Source of the DNA: an uncultured virus (IMG/VR IMGVR_UViG_3300033066_001354)
Taxonomy: Duplodnaviria > Heunggongvirae > Uroviricota > Caudoviricetes
Length of the DNA: 64,000 nt
IMG/VR virus record: IMGVR_UViG_3300033066_001354
Direction: 5' to 3' (one strand)
The notes beneath the pieces are model-generated. The model made no database searches and was not told where the DNA came from. It was given only the letters and a program-made list of their open reading frames with translations. Below are positions 27,185-36,687 of the stretch, piece by piece. The number at the start of each line of letters is the position of its first letter. Position 1 is the stretch's first letter. Both the position numbers and the translations under genes were made by a program.

Positions 27185-29869
27185 TCAACTGCATTTGCCT
27201 TCGCCACAATTTGGACACATAGTGCAACCACTTTCAAACCGAAGTTTCTCGCCGCAGTTGCTACAACGCTCACTGCCCGTCGCTCCATCGACAACGTATT
27301 GTTTCAAAACACGAGCCATGACACGTGAGAAGGAATGAAAGTCGGAGTCCAAGTCTCTGCTGAGTTGTTCTGCAATGAACTGTGGCGGGACACCGTGCCT
27401 CAATGATAGAGAAATCATCCTAGTTTGAGCGGCATAGTTGCCATTTTCAAACGAAACAGCAATATCTTTAATCTTCCACTCATCATCGTCTTCTCCAATA
27501 ATAAGGTCATAGCAAGCGCTTCTACCCTTGGCGTTGGTCTTTTCACACTTCCGCTTACTGATACGCCCTTGCTTGACTTTTTTAGGAATGTCAACTTGTT
27601 CTTTTGCGCCCCCAAAAATTTCGTAAGGCACTCCGTTCAACAAACCCACCAAAGCCACCCAGTCAATACCGTTCACTTTGACGTGATGAATGTCACAGTC
27701 AAGCTCTTTTGGGCGCTTCGGACATTTAGCCTCGACAATTTCTGTGTCGGGGTCTTTGGTGTCGCCAACATTCACCAAAACGCCTGAGCGAGACCCGTCA
27801 ACGTATATCGTGACTCCCTTCAGTCCATGCTTCCATGCAAGCATATAAAGCTCTTGCCCCTGCTCTACAGTGGTGCCTTTTGGCATATTGATAGTGGAAG
27901 AAATACCGTGGTCTATCCATTTCTGAATATGACCTTGAATTTCCACCCTTCTCCTAGCGTCGATTTCTGGAGCCGTGACAAACCAAGGCGGGAGAATCTT
28001 TTGGAACTCTTCTGCCCATGATTTGGCAGGAGTGCTTTCTTCAATTTTTTTCCATTCGTCCATTTTTCCAGTAGCAGTCAAGTATTGCTGAACGTTGTAA
28101 TGGAACACAGGATACTCTTGCCACTTGTCACCGTTTTGGTCTACAAAATCGACTCTTGCTCCAACGTCAGAAGGGTTGATTTTCCTTCTTCGTGTGTAAA
28201 AATTGGAAAACACGGGTTCCAGACCGGAACTTGTCTGTGAAACGATAGAGACACTGCCAGTCGGAGCAATAGTCAAAAGACTAATGTTCCTACGACCATG
28301 TTTCTCCATTTTGTCTTGCAACCATATTGGTAGTCTTTTGATGAACGCACAATCTCTTTCGGTCTCCCAATCAAATGCCGGGAACGCGCCTCGTTCGATG
28401 GCAAGGTCTACCGAAGCGTCGTAAGCCGCGACACAGAAAGTTTCTGAAATCTTGTCCACTTCTGCGAGTGCTTCATCTGAGTCATAGCGTAAATTCAAAC
28501 AAGCTAGAGCGTCACCAAGACCATGCATGCCCAAGCCAGTTCTTCGCCCTCTTTGTGCCGCGACTCTCAGTTTGTTCCACAAAGTTTTCTCTTCTGGCTC
28601 GTCACAAGAATCAATAATGTTTGTGAGGTAATCAATTTCCAAATCCACAACATTGTCCATGATTCTCATGCCAAGTCGCGCCATTTTTTCAAACGTCTCG
28701 TAATCAAAACGTGCGTTCGGAGTGTACGGGTCGATGATATAGCCTTTCAAATTCAAACTTGTCAATCGGCAACTGTCATATGGCGAAAGCCCAATTTCGG
28801 CGCAAGGGTTGACGCAAACAAGTTTAAATTCTTTGTAAGCGTGAGCAGGAAGATTGTTGCCATAGTTGTCCCAGAAAAGCAATCCTGGCTCGGCGCACAA
28901 CACTGCGCTTTCATTAATCAAATGCCATAGCTCTGTGGCTTTGTAGGACACCAAGACAGTCCTCTTGTTGGCTTTTGTAGGCACCCATCTTTTAAACGCG
29001 ATTGGACGACCAGCAGACGGTTCGTACTGTTGCCACTCTCCACCCTCTTCCAACACTTCGTTGACATTCGTGTTCAAAGGCCATCGGCACACCCATTCTT
29101 CATCGTTCTCGACGGCTTTCATAAAATCGTCGGTCAACATGACGCTCACGTTGGCTCCAGTAACCTTGGTGGTGTCTCTTTTCATCACCGTGAACTGAGG
29201 AATGTCTGGATGAAGGACATTCATAGTAATCATCAACGCGCCACGCCTGCCGTTTTGCCCAATCATTCGACAGACTTCTGAAAAATAATTTGCGAAAGAC
29301 CACGCCCCTGTCGAGGTTCCAGCCGAATTTGACACAGGGGCTCCATCTGGGCGAAGCGTATCTAGTGAAATTCCAACGCCACAACGCCTTTTGAAAAGGT
29401 TTGCCAGGTCTTTCCCTGACTCCATTATCCCGCTCATGTTATCTGTGGGATAGTCTACAACGACACAATTGGAAATAGACACCTTGACAAAAGGATTACC
29501 GACACCGTACATCGGGCTTCCCTGCGGAACGATGTATTTAAACCTGTCGAGCGCTTTTCGAAACGTCTCTATTTCAACAGCGTTGGGATAATTCAAGTCC
29601 TTTTTGGCGAACTCATAAGCCAGCCTGTCATGCATAAAGGCTGGTGTCAGTTCTACAAACTGTTTAGGTTCATCCCCGTCTTTCTTCGACAAAATGTTGT
29701 TATTGCGTAAAGCATATTTTGAGGCGAACACTGTCGCCGCCAAATGGTCTTCGTTAAAATATTCTGACGAAGCCTTTTCGACTTCTTGCATCGAGAATTT
29801 AGGCGTTAAGTCTGGTTTTGGCAAATCTGAGCCCTGGGTTTGTTTAATTTCGGTGTGCGTAACACTCAC
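27185..29869 (-). CDS. nrdJ: Class II (adenosylcobalamin-dependent) ribonucleotide reductase
   Basis: SNCVV, GRRGALM, NPCAEI, GRRTGLG, TIAPTG, ISSTIN, KGVTIY.DGSR; C-terminal CxxC..CxxC; no small subunit nearby. Confidence 0.92.
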   Translation of the reverse strand: MSVTHTEIKQTQGSDLPKPDLTPKFSMQEVEKASSEYFNEDHLAATVFASKYALRNNNILSKKDGDEPKQFVELTPAFMHDRLAYEFAKKDLNYPNAVEIETFRKALDRFKYIVPQGSPMYGVGNPFVKVSISNCVVVDYPTDNMSGIMESGKDLANLFKRRCGVGISLDTLRPDGAPVSNSAGTSTGAWSFANYFSEVCRMIGQNGRRGALMITMNVLHPDIPQFTVMKRDTTKVTGANVSVMLTDDFMKAVENDEEWVCRWPLNTNVNEVLEEGGEWQQYEPSAGRPIAFKRWVPTKANKRTVLVSYKATELWHLINESAVLCAEPGLLFWDNYGNNLPAHAYKEFKLVCVNPCAEIGLSPYDSCRLTSLNLKGYIIDPYTPNARFDYETFEKMARLGMRIMDNVVDLEIDYLTNIIDSCDEPEEKTLWNKLRVAAQRGRRTGLGMHGLGDALACLNLRYDSDEALAEVDKISETFCVAAYDASVDLAIERGAFPAFDWETERDCAFIKRLPIWLQDKMEKHGRRNISLLTIAPTGSVSIVSQTSSGLEPVFSNFYTRRRKINPSDVGARVDFVDQNGDKWQEYPVFHYNVQQYLTATGKMDEWKKIEESTPAKSWAEEFQKILPPWFVTAPEIDARRRVEIQGHIQKWIDHGISSTINMPKGTTVEQGQELYMLAWKHGLKGVTIYVDGSRSGVLVNVGDTKDPDTEIVEAKCPKRPKELDCDIHHVKVNGIDWVALVGLLNGVPYEIFGGAKEQVDIPKKVKQGRISKRKCEKTNAKGRSACYDLIIGEDDDEWKIKDIAVSFENGNYAAQTRMISLSLRHGVPPQFIAEQLSRDLDSDFHSFSRVMARVLKQYVVDGATGSERCSNCGEKLRFESGCTMCPNCGEGKCS

Positions 29870-29998
29870 GGTGTTTCTCCTTTACTTTTCATGTGTTTGA
29901 TTACATCCATATAATAGTTTTTGTGTATTAAGCCACCTTTTGGCACACCTAAAACACGAAAACAACCGACACAGTATTTTTGCTGTCAGGCTTTGATA

Positions 29999-30592
29999 CT
30001 AGTTGGTTGTTTTTTTGTCTTTTTTCAAAGACGACCCATCGCGAGACTTTCCGCATTTTTCACAAATTATCCACATGGGCTCGTTATCATGACCGCAAGA
30101 CTCGCATTCTGAAAAGATGTCAGAAGACATGTCGTGAAAAAATTTTACGGCAGACGAAAGGCTTTTTTGAGCAGGTTTGTAATTGCTGTATTCTTCCAAA
30201 AGTCTTTCAGCAATTTCGTCTTCTGGCAAAGCGGTCTCCATTTGTATCTCTTCCAACTTCTTTCTGTACGCTGTGTTTAACAGAATGTCTTTAAAAGGCG
30301 ATACTGTTGACTTCAAGTCCGCCTCTGTCGTGCCCGTAAAATTTCTATTGGCTTCTCTGACAATATCTGCCCACGGTGCGATGATGTTGAGAGTAGTATT
30401 CTCTTCAGAAACCTCTCCCTCCTCTTGTTTTCGGAACGGATTTTTGCCAGCCGCGATTGCTTCGATGTAAGCCCTCTTGCCTTCTGGAGTAGAAAGGTCT
30501 ACACCGTTCAAAAAGCCGGATGTCCTTCCAGCAAGCACATCAGCCAAGAGGTCTTTTGTCTCTTGGCTGATATATTTAAGTCCTAGTCTCAT
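29999..30592 (-). CDS. Hypothetical protein with C-terminal Zn ribbon
   Basis: CESCGHDN......CEKCG; likely start ATG 30592. Confidence 0.6.
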   Translation of the reverse strand: MRLGLKYISQETKDLLADVLAGRTSGFLNGVDLSTPEGKRAYIEAIAAGKNPFRKQEEGEVSEENTTLNIIAPWADIVREANRNFTGTTEADLKSTVSPFKDILLNTAYRKKLEEIQMETALPEDEIAERLLEEYSNYKPAQKSLSSAVKFFHDMSSDIFSECESCGHDNEPMWIICEKCGKSRDGSSLKKDKKTTN

Positions 30593-30600
30593 GTTCTGTC

Positions 30601-31035
30601 CTATAGTGCGTATTGAATCGGAATTGCAAATATTCGCGTACAAACCCCTTTTGCCTTTTTATTTCCAACATCGGCTGTGTATTCTGATTGCCTTGCGACC
30701 AAAACGACACCTTGTGTTCGCGACTCGACTTCTTTGGCAGCTATCCTGAATGCAGTCATCACCTGTTGGAGCGATGTCGAACCTACACTCAATACTCTGA
30801 CATAGTTGTGCTCTGACAAAACATGTAAAATACTTCTCGAAAGCCCCACTGGGTCTGTCGGTCTTTTTGAAGGGTCTGGGTCGTCAAAAGTCCCCCCTCT
30901 GGCTCTTAAAGTACACGGGTCTCCATTCTTAGGATTTGTCAATTTTTGAATTGCTGGCACGTGTGATTCTCCGGCAGTTTCACTGTCAGCAAGCACTCGT
31001 GCCAATTCTTCGTTAACATTCAGTTTATCGTTCAT
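30601..31035 (-). CDS. SpoVS-like (Alba-fold) protein
   Basis: P..L..SI..VL.....V.V.SVG..SL.Q...A..IA aligns with SpoVS P.SVAGA.AGVL....EIQAIGAGALNQAVKAVAIA; ATGA overlap with the upstream gene. Confidence 0.7.
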   Translation of the reverse strand: MNDKLNVNEELARVLADSETAGESHVPAIQKLTNPKNGDPCTLRARGGTFDDPDPSKRPTDPVGLSRSILHVLSEHNYVRVLSVGSTSLQQVMTAFRIAAKEVESRTQGVVLVARQSEYTADVGNKKAKGVCTRIFAIPIQYAL

Positions 31036-32027
31036 CCTTCCAATCCACACAAAATCATTGCGGTCTTTAGTTCTTCAAATTCCTTTTGGAACTCTTGTTG
31101 AGAACATTTATACAACGATGCGTCATATTTCACTGAATTAGCTCCATTGAGCACCTTGGTAATGATTTTCTGTTGGATTTCTGAGAGGTTGAGAGCCATG
31201 AGACTTTCAAAATTATCGCCGGATTCTACAACATCGTACAAGCTTGTCTCTTCGTTTTCGTCATCATGATAGTTTACGCTCATGGGCTTGGAAGACAATG
31301 TAAGGCAATCGGGGAACATGTCATGGAACTTTTCGAACAAATATGTAGAATGTTTTGACATGAGATGTTTTTTAATGTGCTCTACATTAGCTTTTTTGGC
31401 ACAAACGTCACATGGTGTTTCAGAATGTGGGCATTCGATTGTTTTGGGCGCTTTATAAGACTTGCAAAACGGACAAGACTTCATTTCCTCGACGCTTCTG
31501 CCAGCAGATTCAAGATGCTCCCATAAAAGCGAAGCATGGTGTTCTCGCAAATGTGTGGAAAGTGTGTTACACCATTGTTCGCAAAGTGGGCATCTAGAAG
31601 CAATGTTCCTTTTGTTGCTAGATAGTCTTTTCACTATGTTTGAAAAATGATGAGCCAGCGAACCATAGAAAAAATTCTGAAAATAACCCTTCCCCCCATA
31701 ACGAGACGCACCGCGATTCTCGCGAGGACGCCACTCGCTTAGAACACGGCAAAAAATGCGCAAATATTCTTGGTCGAAGTCTTCTCGTTCTTCATAAAGG
31801 TGTCCATATTTACGCCACCAATAGTTGGCGTAATTAAATGGTTCATAAATCTGACAAACCTTTGTATATGAGTCGTTCACTTCAAACCTGTCGCCACTTT
31901 TAAGAGCTTTTTGGTATTTCAAAATAAAAAATTCCAAATCACTTTGCTGTCGGTCTGTTCGGTTTTCAGTGCTATTACGTCGTTTTTGGACTTGGTTAGT
32001 CTCTCTTCTGGCTGATACTTTATTCAT
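31032..32027 (-). CDS. Sigma-70-like protein with inserted C2H2/Cys zinc fingers
   Basis: EDFDQE...F.NFFY.SL...F.N..KR (region 2-like); CPLC..L..HL..HH; CPFC; CDVC..HL..KH; S.N...ENEETSLYDV (3.2-like); LSEIQQKII (region 4 start). Likely start ATG 32027 with GAGGA SD. Confidence 0.6.
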   Translation of the reverse strand: MNKVSARRETNQVQKRRNSTENRTDRQQSDLEFFILKYQKALKSGDRFEVNDSYTKVCQIYEPFNYANYWWRKYGHLYEEREDFDQEYLRIFCRVLSEWRPRENRGASRYGGKGYFQNFFYGSLAHHFSNIVKRLSSNKRNIASRCPLCEQWCNTLSTHLREHHASLLWEHLESAGRSVEEMKSCPFCKSYKAPKTIECPHSETPCDVCAKKANVEHIKKHLMSKHSTYLFEKFHDMFPDCLTLSSKPMSVNYHDDENEETSLYDVVESGDNFESLMALNLSEIQQKIITKVLNGANSVKYDASLYKCSQQEFQKEFEELKTAMILCGLEG

Positions 32028-32138
32028 TATTGTCCTCTGTGCGAGGGCAATCACTCAACCGAGTGGGACATAATTGCAAAGAGCCCCGATTGACAGGGCA
32101 TTAGAGCGTGGTGTCTGGTTGAACGCGCCTTTAACTTT

Positions 32139-32167
32139 CAGTGTAGAATTTACTAAATTCTACACTG
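32139..32167. repeat. Perfect 13-bp inverted repeat (operator candidate)
   Basis: CAGTGTAGAATTT-act-AAATTCTACACTG in the intergenic region. Confidence 0.7.
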
Positions 32168-32207
32168 TCATTATATATGACGCTTTAAAAATTAAAAAGT
32201 TGCAGAG

Positions 32208-33950
32208 CTAAGAAGAAAGCTTGAGGTCTTCTATCGTTAGACTTAGCGCGACCCTGCCCTGCCATTCGTTTTTAGACAATTTGAACACAACATCAACAGA
32301 CGCGTCTTCACAGAAAACATCTTTTTCATGACCGCGCCTCCAAGCGACAGCATCCACCCAGGGGTCTGTGTCTTTGCAACCCTTTAATCTTAATTTAAGA
32401 TGCTTACCCTCGCTGCCGACTGTGCTTGTCTTAATGATTTTCATGTTTTTAGACATGAAAATTGGTTCAGGGTTCTCTGCACCGAACGGAGCAAGCTTTG
32501 ACAAAGAGGCATAAAGATTTTCGTTAATTTCACCAGGTTGAATCTTGGAATCAACATGTATTATACGAACACCGCGAATACCCTTGCCTCCAGTTTTCTT
32601 TCTAGCAAATTCATTCAACTTTTGCCGAAGAGTGTCTAAATTTTCTGCGGGAAAATCAAAACCAGCGGCAAACGGGTGTCCTCCGCTTTTTGTGAAAAGA
32701 TTTTCACACTCGGGCGACTTAATGGCTTCAATAATGTTGAAGCCTTCGACGGAGCGGGCGCTTCCCCTACAAGTGCCATCGTCTTTAATGGTACACACCA
32801 GTGTGGGTTTCCCATACTGTTCTGCTATTTTGCCAGCCACTAGCCCCACAAGCCCCGGGTGCCAACCCTTTGCGGCAATAAGGAGGATGGAGTAATTTTC
32901 GATATCAGCAGGTATTAGCTCTAAGGCTTCTTGGGTGGCTTGCTCTTGTTGGCTTTGTCTGCGACTATTGGCTGAGTTCAATTGTTCAGCAAGAAACTTG
33001 GCGCGTCTTTCACTTGTTTCCAGCATAAGCTCAAGCGCGACATAAGAGTCTGCCAACCTTCCGACTGCATTGATTCGAGGCCCAAGACTAAAACCGATGC
33101 TCATTGTATCGACTTCTTTGACGCCAGCCACGCGTAACAATTCTCGTATGCCTGCTTTTTTAGAATGAGTCAAATGTTGACAACCTAGCGCCACAAGACT
33201 TCGGTTTTCATCAATCATTGGTGCCACGTCAGCCACAGTGCCTAAAGCTACATATTCCAACAGGTCTGCCGCCAATTCTTTTGCTGACATCCCTAATTTA
33301 GCAGCCAACGCTGTCATTACTTTAAAAGCGATTCCCACTCCAGCCAAACCAGGAAATGGATACTCTGAGTCTTTTCTGTTGGGATTTACAACACCAATGC
33401 AATCTGGTAATCTGCCGTCTTGACTAGGTGTGTGGTGGTCAGTGATAATTAAGTCTATACCTTGCGCTTTTGCATATTCCGCAGTTTCAAAAGCCAGAAT
33501 GCCACAGTCAACAGACATCAAAAGGTCTGCTCCAGCGCCAATCGCCCTGTCTACGCTTGATTGCTTGATGTCATATCCGTCGTAGATTCGGTGTGGAACG
33601 TGAAATTGTATGTCTGCGTTCATCTTTCTCAAGGCAGTCACAACCACTGCTGTTGCAGTCACGCCGTCTACATCGTAATCACCGTGGACAAAAATCTTCT
33701 CCTTGTTCTCAATTGCACGTACAAGTCTGTCAATAACAGGCACAATATCTGGCAAAAGCCAAGGATTGTGCAGTTTTTTCATATTCAAAGTGCAAAAATC
33801 TTCCACCTCTTCTGGCGTAGACACCCCACGAGAGACACAGACGCAAGCGACTGGCAGGGGTATTTCTAGTTCATATGCCAATTCCCTGGCAATCTCATTG
33901 TCGTATTGGCGCATTTGCCATTCGATTGGTGCTTTTTTGTCTTCAGGCAT
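32208..33950 (-). CDS. recJ: ssDNA-specific exonuclease RecJ
   Basis: GDYDVDG, VDCG, TDHH, GTVADV, GPRINAVGRL, RGSARS, GGHPFAAG, APFGAENPEP. Confidence 0.95.
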   Translation of the reverse strand: MPEDKKAPIEWQMRQYDNEIARELAYELEIPLPVACVCVSRGVSTPEEVEDFCTLNMKKLHNPWLLPDIVPVIDRLVRAIENKEKIFVHGDYDVDGVTATAVVVTALRKMNADIQFHVPHRIYDGYDIKQSSVDRAIGAGADLLMSVDCGILAFETAEYAKAQGIDLIITDHHTPSQDGRLPDCIGVVNPNRKDSEYPFPGLAGVGIAFKVMTALAAKLGMSAKELAADLLEYVALGTVADVAPMIDENRSLVALGCQHLTHSKKAGIRELLRVAGVKEVDTMSIGFSLGPRINAVGRLADSYVALELMLETSERRAKFLAEQLNSANSRRQSQQEQATQEALELIPADIENYSILLIAAKGWHPGLVGLVAGKIAEQYGKPTLVCTIKDDGTCRGSARSVEGFNIIEAIKSPECENLFTKSGGHPFAAGFDFPAENLDTLRQKLNEFARKKTGGKGIRGVRIIHVDSKIQPGEINENLYASLSKLAPFGAENPEPIFMSKNMKIIKTSTVGSEGKHLKLRLKGCKDTDPWVDAVAWRRGHEKDVFCEDASVDVVFKLSKNEWQGRVALSLTIEDLKLSS

Positions 33951-34758
33951 TGATGTTTTCACGTATTGTTATCCTTAATTCTTTCTTGTCTGCGGCAATC
34001 ATGTTTTCGATTCCGCGTCTGAGTTTGTCGCATCCATATTTTAAAACAAATTCGTCAGGGTCTAATTTGTTAGGCAACAATACTGAATGCCAAGTAAGTT
34101 CTCCCGCCTCTGCCGTCGCCTTCATCTTGTCCAAGGCGCGTTCTCCAGCTTCATCAGGGTCGAGCAAGAAAACAACATGGTCGCAATAACGTTTTAAAAT
34201 TGCGACATGTTGGTCTGTCAAAGACAATCCACAAACGGCAGCAGTGTTTTGCAGACCGTTTTGTCTTAGTACAAGTACGTCAAAATACCCCTCCACTAGA
34301 ACGACATAGTTTCTTTGCCGCATATATGGTTTGGCATCGTTCAAATGGTACAGATGACGACTCTTGCTGAATCCAACCTCGTTCAACCATTTGCCCCTCA
34401 ACCATTTCTCAAACCGTTTTTGCGCTTTAGCAGGGTCTCTGCCGTATGAGTCCCAGAAAGCTCGTTCAGTGATGTCCTTCATGGGCTCAAACTGCCGTCC
34501 AGCAAAGGCGACTATCTTTCCATGCACGTCTCTGATAGGGACTGTTATCCTGCCGCGTATCAAATCAAACCAATGGTCGTAATAGGGCGGGCAGAAACCT
34601 ATTAACCCGTCCTTGACCAAATTTTCAGTCAATCCTCGTTCAGCTAAGTAATCAAGCGCGGCACGGTTTTGCAACAGGTTCCTGGAGAACAAAGCAGCCA
34701 CTTGTTCTAGGTCTTCCTGCGTCCTTAACGCATGCTCTTGCTTGACTAATTTTGTCAT
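33943..34758 (-). CDS. dnaG: DNA primase catalytic core (TOPRIM), lacking the zinc-binding domain
   Basis: ALDYL..RG, RI.VPI.D..G.IVAFAGR, KWLN, LVEGYFDV, LDPDEAG, DPDE. Confidence 0.9.
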   Translation of the reverse strand: MTKLVKQEHALRTQEDLEQVAALFSRNLLQNRAALDYLAERGLTENLVKDGLIGFCPPYYDHWFDLIRGRITVPIRDVHGKIVAFAGRQFEPMKDITERAFWDSYGRDPAKAQKRFEKWLRGKWLNEVGFSKSRHLYHLNDAKPYMRQRNYVVLVEGYFDVLVLRQNGLQNTAAVCGLSLTDQHVAILKRYCDHVVFLLDPDEAGERALDKMKATAEAGELTWHSVLLPNKLDPDEFVLKYGCDKLRRGIENMIAADKKELRITIRENINA

Positions 34759-35360
34759 TAAGCACCGTCTTCAGAAGACAAATACTTGGCAAGTGAAACG
34801 ATGACGTTCTTAAGGAATTCATTGTCGAACCCGTCTTCTTTCTGCTTGTCGTAGGCTTTTTGAATCAATTCTTTTCCTGCGTAGACGCTAATTTCGTTCT
34901 CCGCCTCGTCAATCATCACTTTATTGGTCAAAGCACTGACCAAAAACTCATAGGCACAACCATTGCTGTAATACCAATCGCGCACGAATTTTACTATATA
35001 GGCATAGTCAATAATGACTTTGCGCCAAAACGTCAAATAGTCGTCCTGTCCCCAACCGTTCACTTCCATAAAAGTCGGGTCAATGACAATAGCCGTGGGA
35101 TAGTGCAAACGAGTCATCGCAGCCACGCTACGAGCATGCTGACAATTCTTCGTGTACAAGTTGTGCCGACATTCTTGCGTCAAACCACGGTCTTCTAAGT
35201 GATGGTTTTTTGCAGCCATGTTCATATAAAGCAGACCGCTTGTCATGGGCGTGCTTATATAAATGGCGCTTTTGTCTGCGATGGTGGTGCGATATAGTCC
35301 GAGCATTTCAGCGATTCTTTCGCCGTCTTCGCTCGTCGGTGGATATGCATAATGAGACAT
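34758..35360 (-). CDS. DUF4406/nucleoside deoxyribosyltransferase-like protein
   Basis: IYISTPMT...IDP...W..S.GC..E pattern. Confidence 0.55.
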   Translation of the reverse strand: MSHYAYPPTSEDGERIAEMLGLYRTTIADKSAIYISTPMTSGLLYMNMAAKNHHLEDRGLTQECRHNLYTKNCQHARSVAAMTRLHYPTAIVIDPTFMEVNGWGQDDYLTFWRKVIIDYAYIVKFVRDWYYSNGCAYEFLVSALTNKVMIDEAENEISVYAGKELIQKAYDKQKEDGFDNEFLKNVIVSLAKYLSSEDGA

Positions 35361-35383
35361 ATTAGTGTTATCGTGTGTTTTTA

Positions 35384-35424
35384 AACAATTGGGGCGTTTG
35401 TTTTAAACAAACGCCCCAATTGTT
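35384..35424. repeat. 41-bp palindrome (perfect 20-bp arms, 1-nt centre)
   Basis: AACAATTGGGGCGTTTGTTT-t-AAACAAACGCCCCAATTGTT. Confidence 0.9.
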
Positions 35425-35439
35425 CATACTAGGCGTTTT

Positions 35440-36621
35440 TTATTCTTCGTCGTCGTCATCGTCAATGTCAGATGTTACGGCTAGTTTTTTAGCTTCCAGC
35501 CCGTCCATGAGAGCCCGAAAACCGTCGGTCGTAATTTTCAACCTTGCACAAGCGTATTCAAACGCAGTTGTGGACTTGTCTGTCTTGGGTCGTTTTGTTG
35601 GTGGAGGACTTTTCATCAGTCCTTCGATAAAATCAACTTCATCCTTAGCTTGTACGAGGACTTCGCCAGTGTCGGTGTCGGTATATCGGTAGACTTTTCG
35701 ATTAAGTGTGATAAAGTCTTGCAAGTCACGGGACTTTACAGCACGGTACAAGAATTCTCCAACATGGTCGGACTCTGCTTTCATAAAGTAGATGGGAATG
35801 GTTGCTTCCTGCGCAGGTTTGCCATATCTGTTCTTCATGACATCCACACGTGACTTACCACCGATAACGTTCTTGTCCGAGTCAATGATTTGACCGTCAG
35901 CGCCGCCAATTTTCTTGTATGCCAAGATGGTGTGAGCGTAATATGCCAGAGCTTCGCCGCCGCCCATCTTTTTGACGAACGTGTTTGGTCTTGCTCCAGC
36001 GCCCATTCGGAACTGGTTAATCAATATGACAATAGTTCCAGACTCTTCACACAGAGGCAGAAGACTTTGGACAAACCGTCCGATAAATCGTGCGTGAGCA
36101 CCGACTTTTGGTTCTTCGTCCAATGATTTTTCATAGTCGGCTTGTGGAATCAGGGCAGTCACACTGTCTACTACGACAATGCCATACATACCAGACTCGA
36201 CCAGTCCTTTGACCATTTCGCCGTTCTTTTCTGCCGACCCAACCGAATCGAACAGGTCGAACAACTCTTCGTTGTAAAGGTCTACTCCAATTTCTTCAGC
36301 GCGAGGAGGGTAAAAAGTGTTTTCGATGTTGAAAAACGCCGCCGCTCGTCCACGCGCTTGTTGTGCTTTAATTGCTTTCAAAGCACTATAAGTCTTACCC
36401 GAGCCAGAGTCTCCAACCAACACGACCAACGAACCGTCAGCAAAACCACCGTTGTCGCCCAAAACTTGGTCAATTTCAAGAATACCAGACGATGTAAAAT
36501 TGGGGTTTGTGATTTTGTCGCCAGTCTTCCAGCTTACAGGTCTTACCCCGACAGCTTTCATCAACTCGCGAATCTTTTTTTGCTTGTCTGCAAGCTTTGT
36601 TGAATCTTTTTTGTCGCTCAT
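35440..36621 (-). CDS. recA: RecA-family recombinase (divergent phage type)
   Basis: SSG...ID..LG..GG, GDSGSGKT, VVVDSVTAL.P, ILINQFR, GG.AL.YYA, KNR.G.P. Confidence 0.9.
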   Translation of the reverse strand: MSDKKDSTKLADKQKKIRELMKAVGVRPVSWKTGDKITNPNFTSSGILEIDQVLGDNGGFADGSLVVLVGDSGSGKTYSALKAIKAQQARGRAAAFFNIENTFYPPRAEEIGVDLYNEELFDLFDSVGSAEKNGEMVKGLVESGMYGIVVVDSVTALIPQADYEKSLDEEPKVGAHARFIGRFVQSLLPLCEESGTIVILINQFRMGAGARPNTFVKKMGGGEALAYYAHTILAYKKIGGADGQIIDSDKNVIGGKSRVDVMKNRYGKPAQEATIPIYFMKAESDHVGEFLYRAVKSRDLQDFITLNRKVYRYTDTDTGEVLVQAKDEVDFIEGLMKSPPPTKRPKTDKSTTAFEYACARLKITTDGFRALMDGLEAKKLAVTSDIDDDDDEE

Positions 36622-36643
36622 ATTATCCTCTGTAGGACAAAAC

Positions 36644-36677
36644 GAGGCGCGTCCCTATTATTTTAAGAACGCGCCCC
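36644..36677 (-). terminator. Intrinsic terminator after the SSB gene
   Basis: GGGGCGCGTTCTTA/TAGGGACGCGCCTC stem (G-U pairs favour minus) followed by GTTTTG. Confidence 0.65.
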
Positions 36678-36687
36678 TTTTTTGTTC

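Noticed and set aside
29870..29998. Cobalamin riboswitch or NrdR box upstream of nrdJ
   Set aside because: The region is short and AT-rich with no B12 box; the best NrdR-like match is poor.
32139..32167. Cas12a-like repeat (TTCTAC/GTAGA resemblance)
   Set aside because: Single copy, arms in the wrong order, no cas genes nearby.
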